From assembly GCA_964035545.1 (NCBI GenBank), contig OZ037772.1, positions 5,460,233 to 5,524,232 of the forward strand: 64,000 nt of DNA, read 5' to 3'. This DNA is from Bugula neritina. Taxonomy: Eukaryota > Animalia > Bryozoa. The notes beneath the pieces are model-generated. The model searched no databases. It was not told the origin of the DNA and worked only from the letters and a program-made list of their open reading frames with translations. Of the stretch, positions 40,201-52,339 are shown in pieces; position 1 is the stretch's first letter; each line of letters starts with the position of its first letter. The position numbers and the translations under genes were made by a program.

Positions 40201-42476
40201 CACCAGGTGATGCCTGTCCTTGCCCCCGCAATCCCTGGAAGGCTGTGACCAGCGCCTCAACAGTGAGGGCTGGTGGTGTTGCTGCCTCAGGGGCTGAGTC
40301 TCCTGGGACCATTGCGTGCCGCTCGGCAACTGGTTATTCGAAAATCCCACCGCTGCCACCAATGTAGTAAAGTGTGGGTTTTGAATGCAACTAATGCCTA
40401 CATGCTCTAGAGAGAATAAGCCAAGTATCTGAATACGAATGAAGATAACTTTATTAGCATCAAATACAGCTTATGTGGTCCTACTACTAGCGAGCTCCAG
40501 TAGTAGTCTGAATCTACACTGGAACTCGCTGGCTTTATATATGTGTGCAGACAAAGACATTCCTTTGTGCTGAGATCGGAGGCCCGAAATGCCGAATTTC
40601 GGCATTTCGGGGATCCGAAATGCCGAAACTGGCACCCCGGCACTTCGGTAGTCCGATCTGCCGATATTCGGTATATCGGCATTTCGGAAGACCGAAGCGC
40701 CGATCTCGGCAGTCTGGAGACCCGAATCCACCACAATATGTTATCCGTGCAAACTTATTTAAAACAAGTTATTGAATAGAACTATAAACGTTGTTCATTT
40801 TTATGACATTTTTTATCTAGCTGTATTTAAGTAACATAATCAAGTAAGTATATTTTGACTTTTGAATTTGAGGTATATATGTAGGTAAGCTATATGTTGT
40901 TAACTGTTATATTTTTTCTCATCTGCTTTTTCGTTCTATTGATCTGTGTTATAAAAATACATTATAAATAATGTTTTAATCTAACATGATGAAGGCACTA
41001 TTTTTTTCTAAAACTTGGTTTGTATTATTGCCACACTACACCCCTGCAATATTCTATTAAACTAAGTTATAAAGTAAATAATGGTAGTGGGGATCTTTAA
41101 TGTTTAATTTACACTGAAAGGGGCAGTGTACCTAATTTAATACTGTAGTATTTCACTAAAATAGAATATCATTAGAACTGATTTTAATATTAATTTGTTG
41201 ACTTGAATGCAGCTGCTGATTTTTTTCTGCAGTAAATTTTTTCAATATTTGATTCCCATAAAAAGGATCTGGTCTACAAAGCCAATATTATAATAATAAT
41301 TTTTAAATGGGAAGTGCATGATCAATTGCAATGTTGCTATAGCATTGCTGTTTGTGTAGTGATGCACAAAGATATACATGTATATATTATTTAGCTGCTA
41401 GTTTTTCTTGTGCATCGCCTTTTTTATATTATATTACAGTATCATACATGTAAATATTTTTCTGATAGAAGAGAAAAGAGATACAGAGATTGAACTGGTC
41501 AATGAAAAGACAGCAAGAATAACTCCTGAACAAGGACTTATAGTTCTCTCACCTCCACCACCCAAGTCTGTAGAACTGATAAACTCTGTCGAGGTTTCTC
41601 CATACTGCAGGTCTGTTCATACACATAAAGGGGTCACATATGCTGGGTGTGATGGAGGTGTAGACAGGATATATGAGAACGGCAATGTAAATAAACTATT
41701 CATCTCACTCTTCCCCGCTATGATAGGTAGAGATGTGTTCAGTATCCCAGTACATAATGATAGGATATACACTTTGTCTTCTGATTCAACTGTGAGAGTT
41801 CATGACCTTAAAGGGAAGTTCATAACCAGATGGACTCATGCAGATAATAAATCAAAGTACATAAATCATCTTGCTGCCATAAACAATCAGATAGCCATTC
41901 CTGACAGGATGAATAAGACTCTAGTACTCTACTCTCTGAATGGGGAGGTAGTAAACACTTTATCCTGTCCTCTACTTACTAATACTCCTGTACATCTGTC
42001 TGCTGCAGATAACAACTCAATTATTATATCTCAGTGTGACTCATCTCTAGTATACAAAGTAGACATCTCATCAGGTGACATCATCTGGCAGTGCAAGGAT
42101 GTGGCTAAACCTTGTGGAGTAACCTGCTATAGAGATGAGTTTGTACTTGTGGCTGATGATACTAAACCTACAACTCTTTGTGTGCTATCATTGCCTACAG
42201 GTTAGTTACTGTATATAGATAACCTGTATAATACCCACACATTACAAGAATTTAAAGTAAGTTTTTTGTCCTTCATTCATATCACACTATATTAACTACC
42301 CAATTTGCTATTGATTCATTTTTATAACCTAATGTGTGTATCATACCTATACAGGGAGCTTACTAACCAGGATACCTATTAAGTACTGTTCTGATCTACA
42401 CCTAGATAGCTCTACTCTAGTCATGTTTAGAGGCGGTTTCTTCAGCTCATCTGTTGATTTTTATCAGCTGAAGTAG
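25283..42476 (+). CDS. TRIM-NHL-like E3 ubiquitin ligase copy B (C3HC4 RING, B-box1, B-box2, coiled coil, C-terminal NHL-like beta-propeller), 609 aa
   Basis: Exons 25283-25440, 27907-28072, 28614-28797, 28889-29073, 29284-29454, 31997-32108, 41469-42200, 42355-42476 = 1830 nt, open; probable 5'UTR exon ends at 24860. RING CTIC..CTHPHCDKC..CGIC; B-box1 CEVC..CSVC..CAKH..H; B-box2 CETH..CQVC..CTQC..H; propeller motifs IAIPD..LVLYSLNG and P.GVTCY..VLVAD. Confidence 0.88.
30050..31588. mobile_element. Non-autonomous TIR DNA transposon with tandemly duplicated right end
   Basis: Termini TAGGGGTAACG(G)nGCGGCACAAC / GTTGTG(C)nGTTACGCCTA; flanked by TAG on both sides; internal GGGCACAATGGGCCAC repeats; 217-bp tandem duplication 31157-31373 / 31374-31590; absent from the equivalent intron of copy A. 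Confidence 0.8.
32122..32494 (-). repeat. 3' LTR
   Basis: About 7 mismatches to 40363-40735 by eye (about 98%). TATATAAA at 32300-32293 and AATAAA at 32214-32209 on the minus strand; preceded by a G-rich PPT-like GGGGGGTGTG (32504-32495). Confidence 0.95.
32800..33888 (-). CDS. Retrotransposon accessory ORF3: C2H2 zinc-finger + leucine-zipper protein, 362 aa
   Basis: Uninterrupted GC-rich ORF, sense with pol. C168-x2-C-x3-F-x5-L-x2-H-x3-H188; second finger C194-x-C-x12-H-x5-CH; heptad L326/L333/C340/L347/L354; no signal peptide or TM segment. Confidence 0.8.
   Translation of the reverse strand: MDLGGDSALDFLLDQDVSSVTLCDLSRPAVHNLAPRKPVPNFGGSEIGSSQPLLSLSAEHMDIEEASQPDSPLPPAPVPASNSQQGATPTSAVCTTNTSSPSSKPVKLQLAAGEEQGILRSDHPDGLTEEDAPILALPRALVARQYWVSGATSRKIGEACGESGNRICHQCRRKFSSSRRLRVHAPQHFLNVFCPCGEYSYQRDYVLRHQRISRCHTGYTFAVDETTFPEFRDLVLPHVVDPRRRAALAQGFPACRPVQEQEGEPVATPQLAATQPLRVVLARVGADARDDSSDLGPRPLATGKKQRTPTGPGTSDRRRRPTTTQLEEEVRYLRRRLRRCEEEMGELRRRLNRLERRHPSDH
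34942..35055. promoter_or_regulatory. Pair of NF-kB/Rel consensus sites in the pol-ORF3 spacer
   Basis: GGGAAATTCC (34942-34951) and GGGAATTTCC (35046-35055) both match GGGRNWYYCC; function is inferred only. Confidence 0.45.
35090..39431 (-). pseudogene. pol: Gypsy pol (protease, RT, RNase H, integrase) with nonsense and frameshift lesions
   Basis: LLDTG (protease); YLDD (RT); LDTD.SD..VGAVL (RNase H); H..H..CEVC, VDLVGP/TDQG/VER (integrase); GPY motif. Stops at 38712, about 38550, 36414 and 35646 in one continuous frame, plus a frameshift near 35510. Confidence 0.95.
39407..40312 (-). pseudogene. gag: Gypsy gag with CCHC zinc knuckle interrupted by a TGA
   Basis: The 275-aa ORF ends LLTC*; reading on gives C*GCGAQGHVRRHC (C-x2-C-x4-H-x4-C, probable W>stop). 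Confidence 0.88.
39425..39431 (-). promoter_or_regulatory. -1 ribosomal frameshift slippery site T TTA AAC with 3' stem-loop
   Basis: In X XXY YYZ register with gag; the -1 frame is open into the protease ORF (39233); 5 nt downstream is an 11-bp stem AGGCTCACGGT/ACCGTGGGCCT. Confidence 0.8.
40344..40361 (-). other. Primer-binding site complementary to tRNA-Leu 3' end
   Basis: TGGTGGCAGCGGTGGGAT lies 1 nt inside the 5' LTR; its complement ATCCCACCGCTGCCA-CCA matches the metazoan tRNA-Leu(AAG-type) 3' end (from recall). Confidence 0.85.
40363..40735 (-). repeat. 5' LTR
   Basis: Direct repeat of 32122-32494; TATATAAA at 40541-40534. Confidence 0.95.
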
Positions 42477-43575
42477 AAGTGAACCAAGGGGATACTCCGA
42501 GAGCAGTCAGTGATTGTTGCACTAAGCTCTTATTTATTCTACATTTGCGGTATACATTCGCATAACAATTTAAATCATGTTATTTATCTTAGATGTTATT
42601 ATTTATTAAAACAATTAATAATCTGGAATTTCTAAAACTTTTATGTAAACCAAAGCAATCCAACGGTGAAATAAATTGTTGTTTTATTTTGAGATTATAG
42701 ATTAAATTACTCTTAAGCCTTTATTTTGTGTGCCATGAAATTATATAGGCTTTGTTATGCTTTTATAATTTCAAATCAATTATGCGCATAATGCATTTAA
42801 CCCGTAAATCAGTCTTTGTAATAAAACTAACGCTGAAAAAAATCCTATTATAAATCAACAACAGTAAGCTAGTACAGCTTCAAAAATCTAAAAGAACTTG
42901 GTAGGAATTGCATAGGATTGCCCGGTTTTTTTATTTGATGGAAACTGCAGTGATTACCATTATGCTCTGATAACTGCCATTGAACCATCTCTCAATTTCA
43001 CTCTGTTTTATTATTGTCATATTATCTCTGATTAAATATTGCATCTAAAACCTACTAATATGTTATAGCCATTTGATGCCAGTTGATTTCGAATTCAGTT
43101 TTTTTTATGTGCTCTTAGAGTTATTGCAATTGTTTTTCAACACATTACAAAGCGATGAAAAATGCAGCATTGTAACATTACATTGTGTTGTTCATCATTT
43201 TACTTTGTTTTGATGTTTTTATTATGGTGTACTGTGGTATGTAGCATTAAGCAGCTTCTACTGCTCTATTATGCTAGATTCCATTGCATTATAATATTTT
43301 GCGTTGTATCATATTAGCAGTGATCTCCGCCTGTTTATTTGTCATCTTGGAGCTTAGAGTATATCTCTTAAAAAGGTGTTTACACATATATGATGTTAGA
43401 GAAATATTTTTATGCACCTTAAACTGATTTCAGAGAACATTTCAACTAGAACTGTAAGGGTGGTCAAATACCCTGCTCCTCTATACCTCAATGTTAGGAG
43501 ACAAGTTTTTTGTAGTAGATTGGCTCAAAGGTTGCAAATTATACCCTGCTTTTTATTTTCTCTGTATATCATAAT

Positions 43576-44496
43576 CATAATCATAATCAACTCTTTCGGA
43601 CTAAAGCTAAATGCAAAGAAGACACAAGTTATTTGCCAACCAAAACCAGGAAAAATTGTTGACCCTCCCACTATTGTTGCTGGGGGTGAAATATTGTGCC
43701 CTGTTGACGATTTTGTGTACTTAGGAAGCAACCTATCATCAAAGGCGAATCTGGGGAGAGAGATAGACAGACGGCTTCAAGCTGCTAGTATTGCTTACAG
43801 CAAGCTGAGGCAGAGAGTCTTTGACAACTCTAACCTGCAGGTAACCACAAAGCTGAAAGTGTACAAGGCTGTCATCATACCAACACTTCTGTATGCATCT
43901 GAGACATGGGCTACCTTATGGTACTGACATAAAGAAGCATAGAAAATTATCACATGAGAAAATTGCGAGGAATAATGGACATCAAATGGACTGACAAGCG
44001 CACTAATAACAGCATATACCAACAAACAAAGATTCCAAGCCTTGAAAGCCTCATCATCAAGAACAGACTTTGTTGGTCGGAACATGTAGTGAGAATGAAA
44101 GGACACCGACTTCCTAAACGGATCCTTTATGGGGAGCTACAAATAGGTAAAAGATTGCGAGGAGGACAGAGGAAGCGCTTTAAAAACTGTCTTAAAGACA
44201 GTATGAAGCGCTCTCACATCAGAACAGAGACCTAGGAATGGAATGCCGCAAGGAGGACCAGATGGAGATCTATGGTTCATAAAGGCATGCAAATCGTTGG
44301 AGAAGAAAGAATGCGACACAGAGACGAACTTAGAGCTGGCCGCAAGAAGGCTTAGCTCAACAGACACACTGAGTGATGACCTCAAATGCTTCTGCTGTGA
44401 CCGCATATGATAGGACTCAGAAGTCATCAAGCTACTCAAAAACAGCTGCAAGCAGACATCATACTCTACTTAGAGGGATAGCAAAGAGAGAGAGAG
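43576..44496 (+). mobile_element. 5'-truncated RTE-clade LINE remnant
   Basis: FGLKLNAKKTQV, FVYLGS, KLKVYKAVIIPTLLYASETW, RLPKRILYGEL..GKR.RGGQRKRFK motifs; (GA)n tail; TSD ATATCATAAT (43566-43575 / 44497-44506). Confidence 0.88.
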
Positions 44497-46494
44497 ATAT
44501 CATAATAACTGTAGAACTGCATACATTTTATCGTTTCAATTGTATATTATAATTGCAATTTCCTCCTAATAATATTTTGTGAACTCATTGGGAGTTACCT
44601 GCCCAATGTGCCAAAACACTGTCAATCCCAATTTATTAGCTTAATTAATTTCTTTCACCATGAATGTCTACATGTTTCAACTTCCTGTTTTACAGTGGAC
44701 TACAGACAGGCTATCTACTTGCTTTTAAAATATTACACTTTCCATTCTATTCTCTTATTTATTATTCAATTATTTAACACTTCCCTCTATCAATGTATTG
44801 TATACGAAAATATCCGGTCTATTGCTTATTTTAGTTAAATCACCACAATCTGTGTTTTCTGTAATTTAGTAAACTCCATACAATATTTTAAATCTATGGT
44901 GGCTAAATAGTATAAGTAAGTTGCAAACTTACAGAATTTCTATTTAAATCATTTTTTTATTTTACCTAAGCTTTTTTTATTTTCAACTGTCATAATAATT
45001 TTGTTTTGTATTTGGTTGTCATAGAAACAGCAAATGCATCAGATTCTCTTAATAGTATGACGAAATTGTGGTGATGTCACGTGATGTGTTTTTGTATGAG
45101 GCTGTTCAAAGTTATTTTCAGTAAAAAATAATCCATTTCCTTACAATAAACATTTCTCTCTGATAATTCTTTCTAAATAACTATGTTATCTTGGTGTAAC
45201 AAACTAAAGAAAACAAAAGTTTATCTGATCTTATAATATTATAAATATTCTTTAGATTCACGGTTCTTCTTATAATATAAAGTATCACATATTTATCAGA
45301 CTATTCCACATAAAGTCTTATATAAGCAGTAGTTTATAAACAAGCAATTCTGTTTCAATATCAATTGCTTTTAGTACTCTGCTAAGAATTTTACTTCATC
45401 TGGTGGTTTGGAGATTGTCTTGCAGGTGTATAAGTTATCTTCCTTGTATAGTGACAGACTGATATCATGATATGAGCAATACCAATTCTTTATGATGGGA
45501 ATTCCATTGAGACAGTAACATATTTTTGGGCTATCTTTCCTGATGCAGTGCCTGTAAATCTGTAAATATGCATTTTAATTACTTCACTAAAATAATGTAT
45601 TCTAATTTAATAGCTACAGACAACTATTAAACTAATAAGATAAATGTAATGTGCACAATTTTCTTCCTAGAGAATAAAACCACTAATCATCTCAGAGCAA
45701 CCATGCTTACCTTCTCTCCTTCAGCTTATATGCCCGCTATATAAATGGTTCTATAATCATGAAGCTTTCACCAAAAAACTCTTGTTGTAAAAGCAGCAAG
45801 CTGTTGAGTTTTTTTCCAAAATATTTCTGAAATAGATATTTCTACAAACCCTCCTCCCCCACCTACAAAAGCTCTTGTGAAGAAAGCTTCCAGATGTTAA
45901 GAGGTCTTTTCTAGACTCACTGAAAATCTCTCTAATAAGCTGAGCTATTGATCTCTATTTAGAAGAATAGAAAAATCATTTTATACAACTGCAATCTGCA
46001 CTCAGAAATAGCTTTTTCCAATTGGTTATTATTGCTCATTAAACAATCTAGTAAACGAAAAATGGCTAGCTATGCTGCACTTAAGAAGAAAATTTTTAAA
46101 TACAATTACCAAAGTATTTTAAACAACTCTTATACAACCCCAAATTGAATTCTATTCAGTAATACAAGAATCAAACTGACGTGTTAAATATCAAGCTCTG
46201 CTGATCATAATACATAATACAAAAAAAATAGAGTTTTATAATAAATTTCGCCAAGTAGGTCTTTTCTAACCTAATATCTCAACTAGTAAACATTGTACAG
46301 AGCACATGGTTACTAGTAGTTATAGAGTTATCTGGGTCATTTTACTTAATTTAGTACACACTGGAAATATCCAGTTTTTAGTTATTTTTCACAATTTAGC
46401 TGGTAATGAACATGGCTTTTTGCTCAAAAATAGTAAAATATCAATAAATAACCTAAACAATCAAGGTTCTTCTTAATTTTGCTCGATTTCCCAT

Positions 46495-47650
46495 GAATTC
46501 CACGGAAGGCTGAATGCTCTTAAATGTGGAATATGTCGGTAGGTGAATAATATCATAACAAATAGTATAATATGTTGCATAATGTCATATATTTCATAAT
46601 AATTATAATGCTTAATAATCATTTCATGGTTCATGCTATGTACAGTAGATATCCCAATTTATATAATATTGACAAGTAAAATAAGCCGATATTGGCATAT
46701 TTGTATTATAAGATGTTTTATTATAAGAATTTTAATATATGCAGTATATATAATACAACTAGGTGCTTTATGGAGATACAGTATTGTGAAAATTGTTTTT
46801 ATTGTGACTACAATTGTAGTTGAGGTCATTAGAGTAGCGTTCCAGTGATTTTAGTGCTTAATACTGAAAACTACTTCAATAATCAACATGTCTAATAAAT
46901 TTTGATGTTTTACCTATGCTAAGGTTAAAGTCATGATCAGCACTATACAGCTAGTCTCAGTTTATGTTTTATTTCAAGGTTCTTGTAAGTTAAATTATTC
47001 ACAATGTAATAAAGTCATCATTAAGTAGATTAGGTTTGAAAGTAAATTCATGGTTCGAATGCAGTTGTAGTCTTTTGGAAGTTTTTCAACACCTGCCACC
47101 TTGTTAGATTTAGATTGTGAATAGTAGATGAATGTATTATTATGAGGAATGTTAAACAAAACATGCTTTGTTTCCTTATGCTTTTGAAAACTAGTTAAAC
47201 TTTTCTAGTTTTCTGAAGTGGAGATAGTATAAGACACAAGACGCACAAAGAAATTGCACCCAATAGATCTGTTGTTACATACAACATAACTGTTTTATTT
47301 CATTATGCTATTCCTTTAATTTTTGGTTGCATAACCAAACCCTACAACCCAGTAGCTATGGTTTGAGTCAAATATACTTTATCAGAGCCGAATCCAAATA
47401 ATAAATGTTTGTACTGCCACATGATTTATTATATGTGGTCTGCATATGTAATATAATATATCTTACAGTCAGGTGGTGCTATAAATAGGTTCCAAACCCT
47501 ACTTGATATGAGTTGTAATATATCCTATACAAACAGAAACCTATAGTTTGCTTTACTGCGAAGTCAACAGAGATATTGTATGACACTATGACATGGTACT
47601 ATAACCAGAGTGTAGGGTTAGATACAGTTAGTTGAGTATCATAAATGATT
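46495..47650 (+). pseudogene. TRIM copy C relic: 3' end of the RING exon plus following intron
   Basis: GAATTCCACGGAAGGCTGAATGCTCTTAAATGTGGAATATGTCG|GTAGG matches 15941-15989; intron homology to 15985-17150 and 25441-26660 continues to about 47650; upstream 45030-46320 resembles the intergenic unit 13800-14830. Confidence 0.85.
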
Positions 47651-50600
47651 TCAGTATATATTTTCCTAGAATGTTGTTTAGAGACATAAAAAAACTGCCT
47701 ATGCACAACATACTTTGCATCTGTTTAGTATCTCGTAATTAGACATAAAAAAATCAAAACCAATTATAAGGCAAAAGACCATAATACTGTACTATCATTG
47801 GATAGTTCTTCATCAATAAACAGGTAGTCGCCAGTGGTGGATATGAACCCCTCCTAGATGTTTCTCGTACTTCTTCCTCAAAAAACATTTTCATTAAGCC
47901 AAAAAGAAATAATAATACACCTTTTTAGTTGACACTTTTTAATTTCTGACTGATATTTCACCTTATTTCCAATTATAATTAACTTTTAACCGGCACTTTT
48001 CTTTGTAGTAATTCCTACCCTTTAGACTGTGTACTTTGAAATGTGTCTGTTTTACTCGTTACATAAAGTATAGTTGCACTGGCTACAGGTTGACACAAAA
48101 GCAAGCCTATCTTGATAAAATTATGCGCAAATGTAGAAACTACCGAGGAGTTTGTTCCTCATAATTAGAAATTGACAAATTATTTTTAATCCGTTTAAAA
48201 GCATCTGGTTAGGGAAGCATATGCCGTGTTCAATTTGTTATTCTAGCATTAACAATAACAGAATGCAATAATTATAAGTTTATGAAAGTAATTTGTTTTC
48301 TTTCTAATTACAAATATAATATTTTAGTATATATTGTAAATTTATAAGGCTTGCATTAGGAATAACGCAGCTAAAACATCATTTTCCTTAAAGTCTTAAA
48401 AATAATAAGTATAACATAATACACTATGCCAATAAACTTATTAAAGTACCAAGCAAGCTTAGCTAGTTTAAGAAAAATTACACTAGGTAAATTCCCATTA
48501 TTTATAGAATGCTTGCTGATATTAGCTTTTGATGTAATTAAAGTAAATTATTATTTATCTTTCTAGCTAAGGATTTCTTGCCGTAAGTTTTGCTTTTATG
48601 CATGGAGAAATGTCGTAACAAACGAGTTAAATTTTTATAGCACATAAAAATGTACTCTATAAGTCGAAGATATTTAAACTTAGCCATTAACTCATTTTAA
48701 TTAGCAATGTAGCCTAAATCTAATACAATACAAAATATATACCAGTATATATAATATATTTTTACCATGCTGTTAATTACAGTATTTGTAAAACAAATTT
48801 TATGCTCATTAATTAAATGCAACAAATATTTATAAAATACTAATAATGTTGAATAAATAAATTCAATAATTCCTTTTCTATTTAAATGGCTGCATAATTT
48901 CTTGGAAGGTTGTATAAAGGAGTTGTGGCCTGCAACTTATTATGTGTTCAATTGCCACATATGTCTTAGGAAGAAGAAAACTCCCCAAAAATTCTTGGTT
49001 TGAAAATTCTAGTATAATTAAAATCACTTAATATATGTCTTTGAAATGCATTTTGCCACTCTGCAAAATTGCAGGAACAAATATTGCATGAAGTAATAAA
49101 TGATTTATGAAGTAATTAACAAACCAATGTAAAAACTGTTGTTGTATATAGAACACAACATATTGATTTTCTTCAATTTCCACATCAAATCTATATATTC
49201 AATTATATCTAACCAATGCTAATAAACTAAACATGCATGCATACAAATATTTGCATCATATGCAAGTTTAATATTAGCTAATTAGCAACTATAGCATCTT
49301 TTTCATTATCTTTATTGCTTGCATATGTCTAAGTATTATTAAAATAAGGTTTTTATTTGCAACTTTGCACCACAAATTACATAAAATCTAAAAACTTGAG
49401 TTGTGACATGCATTGGGGCTACCTATACACAGATAGACCTTCATAAAACTCTCAATGATTTTAGTCAACTCATGTATGCAAAAGTTTTGCATTAAAACAA
49501 TTCTTCTAAATCACCCTAGAGTAGGAAATTATTACAAAAACAGCTTCTCATATATAATCTTTCTCCAGATTAATTTTTTTTCCTGTATTTAAACTAACTT
49601 AGCAAGTGAAGATTGTGATATCACTCAGGTAATCACATATATATTATTCATAGCTGTAATACTTTAGCAATGAATAGATCATGTTTAATTTCCACTCTAC
49701 CTAGCAGTTTTTCAGAATTATAGAGCTATGTATATCGTGAAATTGGAATAGCCTAATAGTTTTACATGTGTTTATAGCTAGACAAATTAACTTAAAAAGC
49801 TTACAATAATTAGATGATATTTGCATTCTTTTGAAGGTTATGGTGAAGCTACTGCAAAACTGGCCATTAGTTTAGCATAATATGCAATGCCACGCAAAAG
49901 CATGCCAAACAAGCAATGTTTATTTACCTTACCAGTGCAATTTTATCACCTTAAACACAAAAGCAAGTATAAAATACACATCCATATTAGTTTAACTGTC
50001 AAGTTAAAAAAAGACAACATATATTCATGAGCTGGTTCTGTTTGCACAAGTACAATTTAAACCAGCTTATTATTTAGATTGCCACAAAAATATGACATAA
50101 AATATGTCTTTAATCATTATTTTGATATTCACTGGTTGAAGATATTTTTTATATCCTAATATGTAAATATTGTACATAAATCTTAAAAATTAACTAGGTG
50201 AATAAGGAAAACTGCTAATTTTATGAAACTGTTATGTTAATAAAGACAATGGCTATCAACAAATCCCACCAGACCACAAACTAATTGTAAATACTAAAGC
50301 AATTATATAGTGCTATGTGTTGATCTAGCCTAGTCAATACACCACAAATATGTATTATGACATACCACATTTTAAGTACTGGGTTACCATTTATTCTAAT
50401 GGGTATTTGTTTAAACTGTTATATACAGCTTTTTGCACTACCAATATACAAGCCAGTTGTTATTCTGTCACTTTTTATCTACATCTCTTTTTAATGCCAG
50501 TTACTTGTTAGCTTCAGTACAAACAGCTAAACATTCTACTTTACAGCCAATCTTACTGTTAACTCTTGTTTAACAATATTACAAGAATCTAAAAATTTGA

Positions 50601-51574
50601 GTGTGTTTTAAGTATAATATTCTATCATTATAACTTTTAAATGAAACAATAATATGATAAATGCATTACACAGTTAGTTTAAGGTCATTACTTTCCAGAT
50701 GCAGGCACTGCTTTATGTTATATATAAACGGTTTCCAGGGGATAGCTCGAACAGTTTTTGTCTCACATTAACAAATTTTACATGAAAAGATAGCTCTTGC
50801 ATTCCTCTTTCATATACTTTTTTAATTTTTCAATAAAAAATTTTCTGAGAAAGTTGTTGCATAATAAGTAAAATTTTACACCCTCCATGTTCTACTGCTG
50901 TAGCACAGGGGATTCATTTTATAAAGTCTAAAAGTTAAACTTGACATTCCTTAATATGTTTTCTCTAATATACTTTCTTTGTTTTTTGAAATTCTGTTTA
51001 TGCTCTTCACAATTTGGTAAAAACATACACCATTTTGCAAGTTTCACTGCAATTATCTAAATTCTTCATATGGTGGTTCTAGCTACGCTCCTGTGACTAA
51101 TTATAACATTCCTAGTACGTTTGCCGCTCTGCGCTATCACAATAACATATAGTACCCTCTCGCACAAATTGGCAATCTATTGGATTTCTGCCAATATAAT
51201 GTTCCCTGTTTTACATTAGCACTTAGCTGAATCATCTCACTATGTTACAATCTATTGACAATGCCTCAGCACAACATAATTCTTTGTTTGTTTGGCAGAG
51301 TTAATTTCAGCTAAATCACTTCACTTTGCAGTCTTGTCAGTAAAGGTCTGTCTATAGTGCAGCAGTTGTACTTCCAGTTTCTCTAATTCACATATGATTA
51401 TTTTAAGTACATTGTATTCTATAAGATCAATTTAAAGTTTAGCCCAGTGTTCAGTAGCTAAGTATTATGCATGTATGTTGTCTTACTGTTGAACAAAAGT
51501 TAAAAAAAAACTTTACAATTATAGCCATATTTATTATACATGCGTAGGATTTGCATAAATTGACAAAAAAAAAT

Positions 51575-51649
51575 GCAGCATAATAGGATTGAACCATGAC
51601 CAACCAGCTTCTCGCTGACGCCTTTAACCTCTAGACCACGCAGTCACCG
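51575..51649 (-). mobile_element. tRNA-like SINE head
   Basis: Minus strand: TGGTCTAGAGG (A box) ... GGTTCAATCC (B box); no intact acceptor stem. Confidence 0.55.
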
Positions 51650-52194
51650 TTAATAAATTGTCAACTATATGAGTAACTATGAGTACATAAATATTTTGCG
51701 CGCAAATGGGTTATAATTATTAGGCTGTCAATTCATGTTGATAGCAGTCAACTGTTGCAATAGTCTCGGGTTACTAGCAAAGCTAATGGTTTTGAACAAA
51801 TAACCCAAAAGTTTAAAAATAAGTAGCTTGCGTATTACTAGCTACAAAAACAGGTCTGAAATAGACTGGTAAAGCAAGCTCTTATTGTAGAGTTTGCAGA
51901 TGTGCTCTAAAATAAAACTCAAACTGTATGCTATTACATAAGTATTTGTATGCGAGAGATATAAATGGACATTACTGAGTTTCTGGAAAACAACATACTT
52001 GAAGTTAACTTTGACAATGGTGTTTTCTTTTCATCATAGCTAGCCTATAGCATAAATCTCTAATCATATGAATCTTTATGAAGCCCACAGCTCATGTAAG
52101 GGTGGCAATGTAATTTGAAACGAACAATTATGTTGCTGCATTGTGTCTAAGGTATATTAGAGAGCAGAATTTGGTTTTACTAGCCTACCCCAAC

Positions 52195-52339
52195 GGCATT
52201 CTACAATGCAGCTTATATGCTGGCAGTTGTAATAAGTACAGCCGATAGCAAGGTTACTATCACTATCAAGGCATTCTACAATGCAGCTTATATGCTGGCA
52301 GTTGTAATAAGTACAGCCGATAGCAAGGTTACTATCACT
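52195..52339. repeat. Perfect 70-bp tandem duplication (75-bp period)
   Basis: GGCATTCTACAATG...GGTTACTATCACT at 52195 and 52270. Confidence 0.95.

Larger units (their letters stand above)
32122..40735 (-). mobile_element. Full-length Ty3/Gypsy LTR retrotransposon (8.6 kb) with an extra 3' ORF; gag-pol decayed
   Basis: Two 373-bp TG..CA LTRs; ATAT TSD (32118-32121 / 40736-40739); PBS; domain order gag-PR-RT-RH-IN; GPY/F motif. The empty site is visible in TRIM-A at 20705-20725. Confidence 0.97.

Noticed and set aside
40337-40361. tRNA-Leu gene
   Set aside because: Only the 18-nt 3' end is present, at the PBS position.
32166-40779. Many short overlapping or antisense ORFs in the LTRs and gag-pol
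   Set aside because: Expected by-products of GC-rich, palindromic sequence; no domain motifs.
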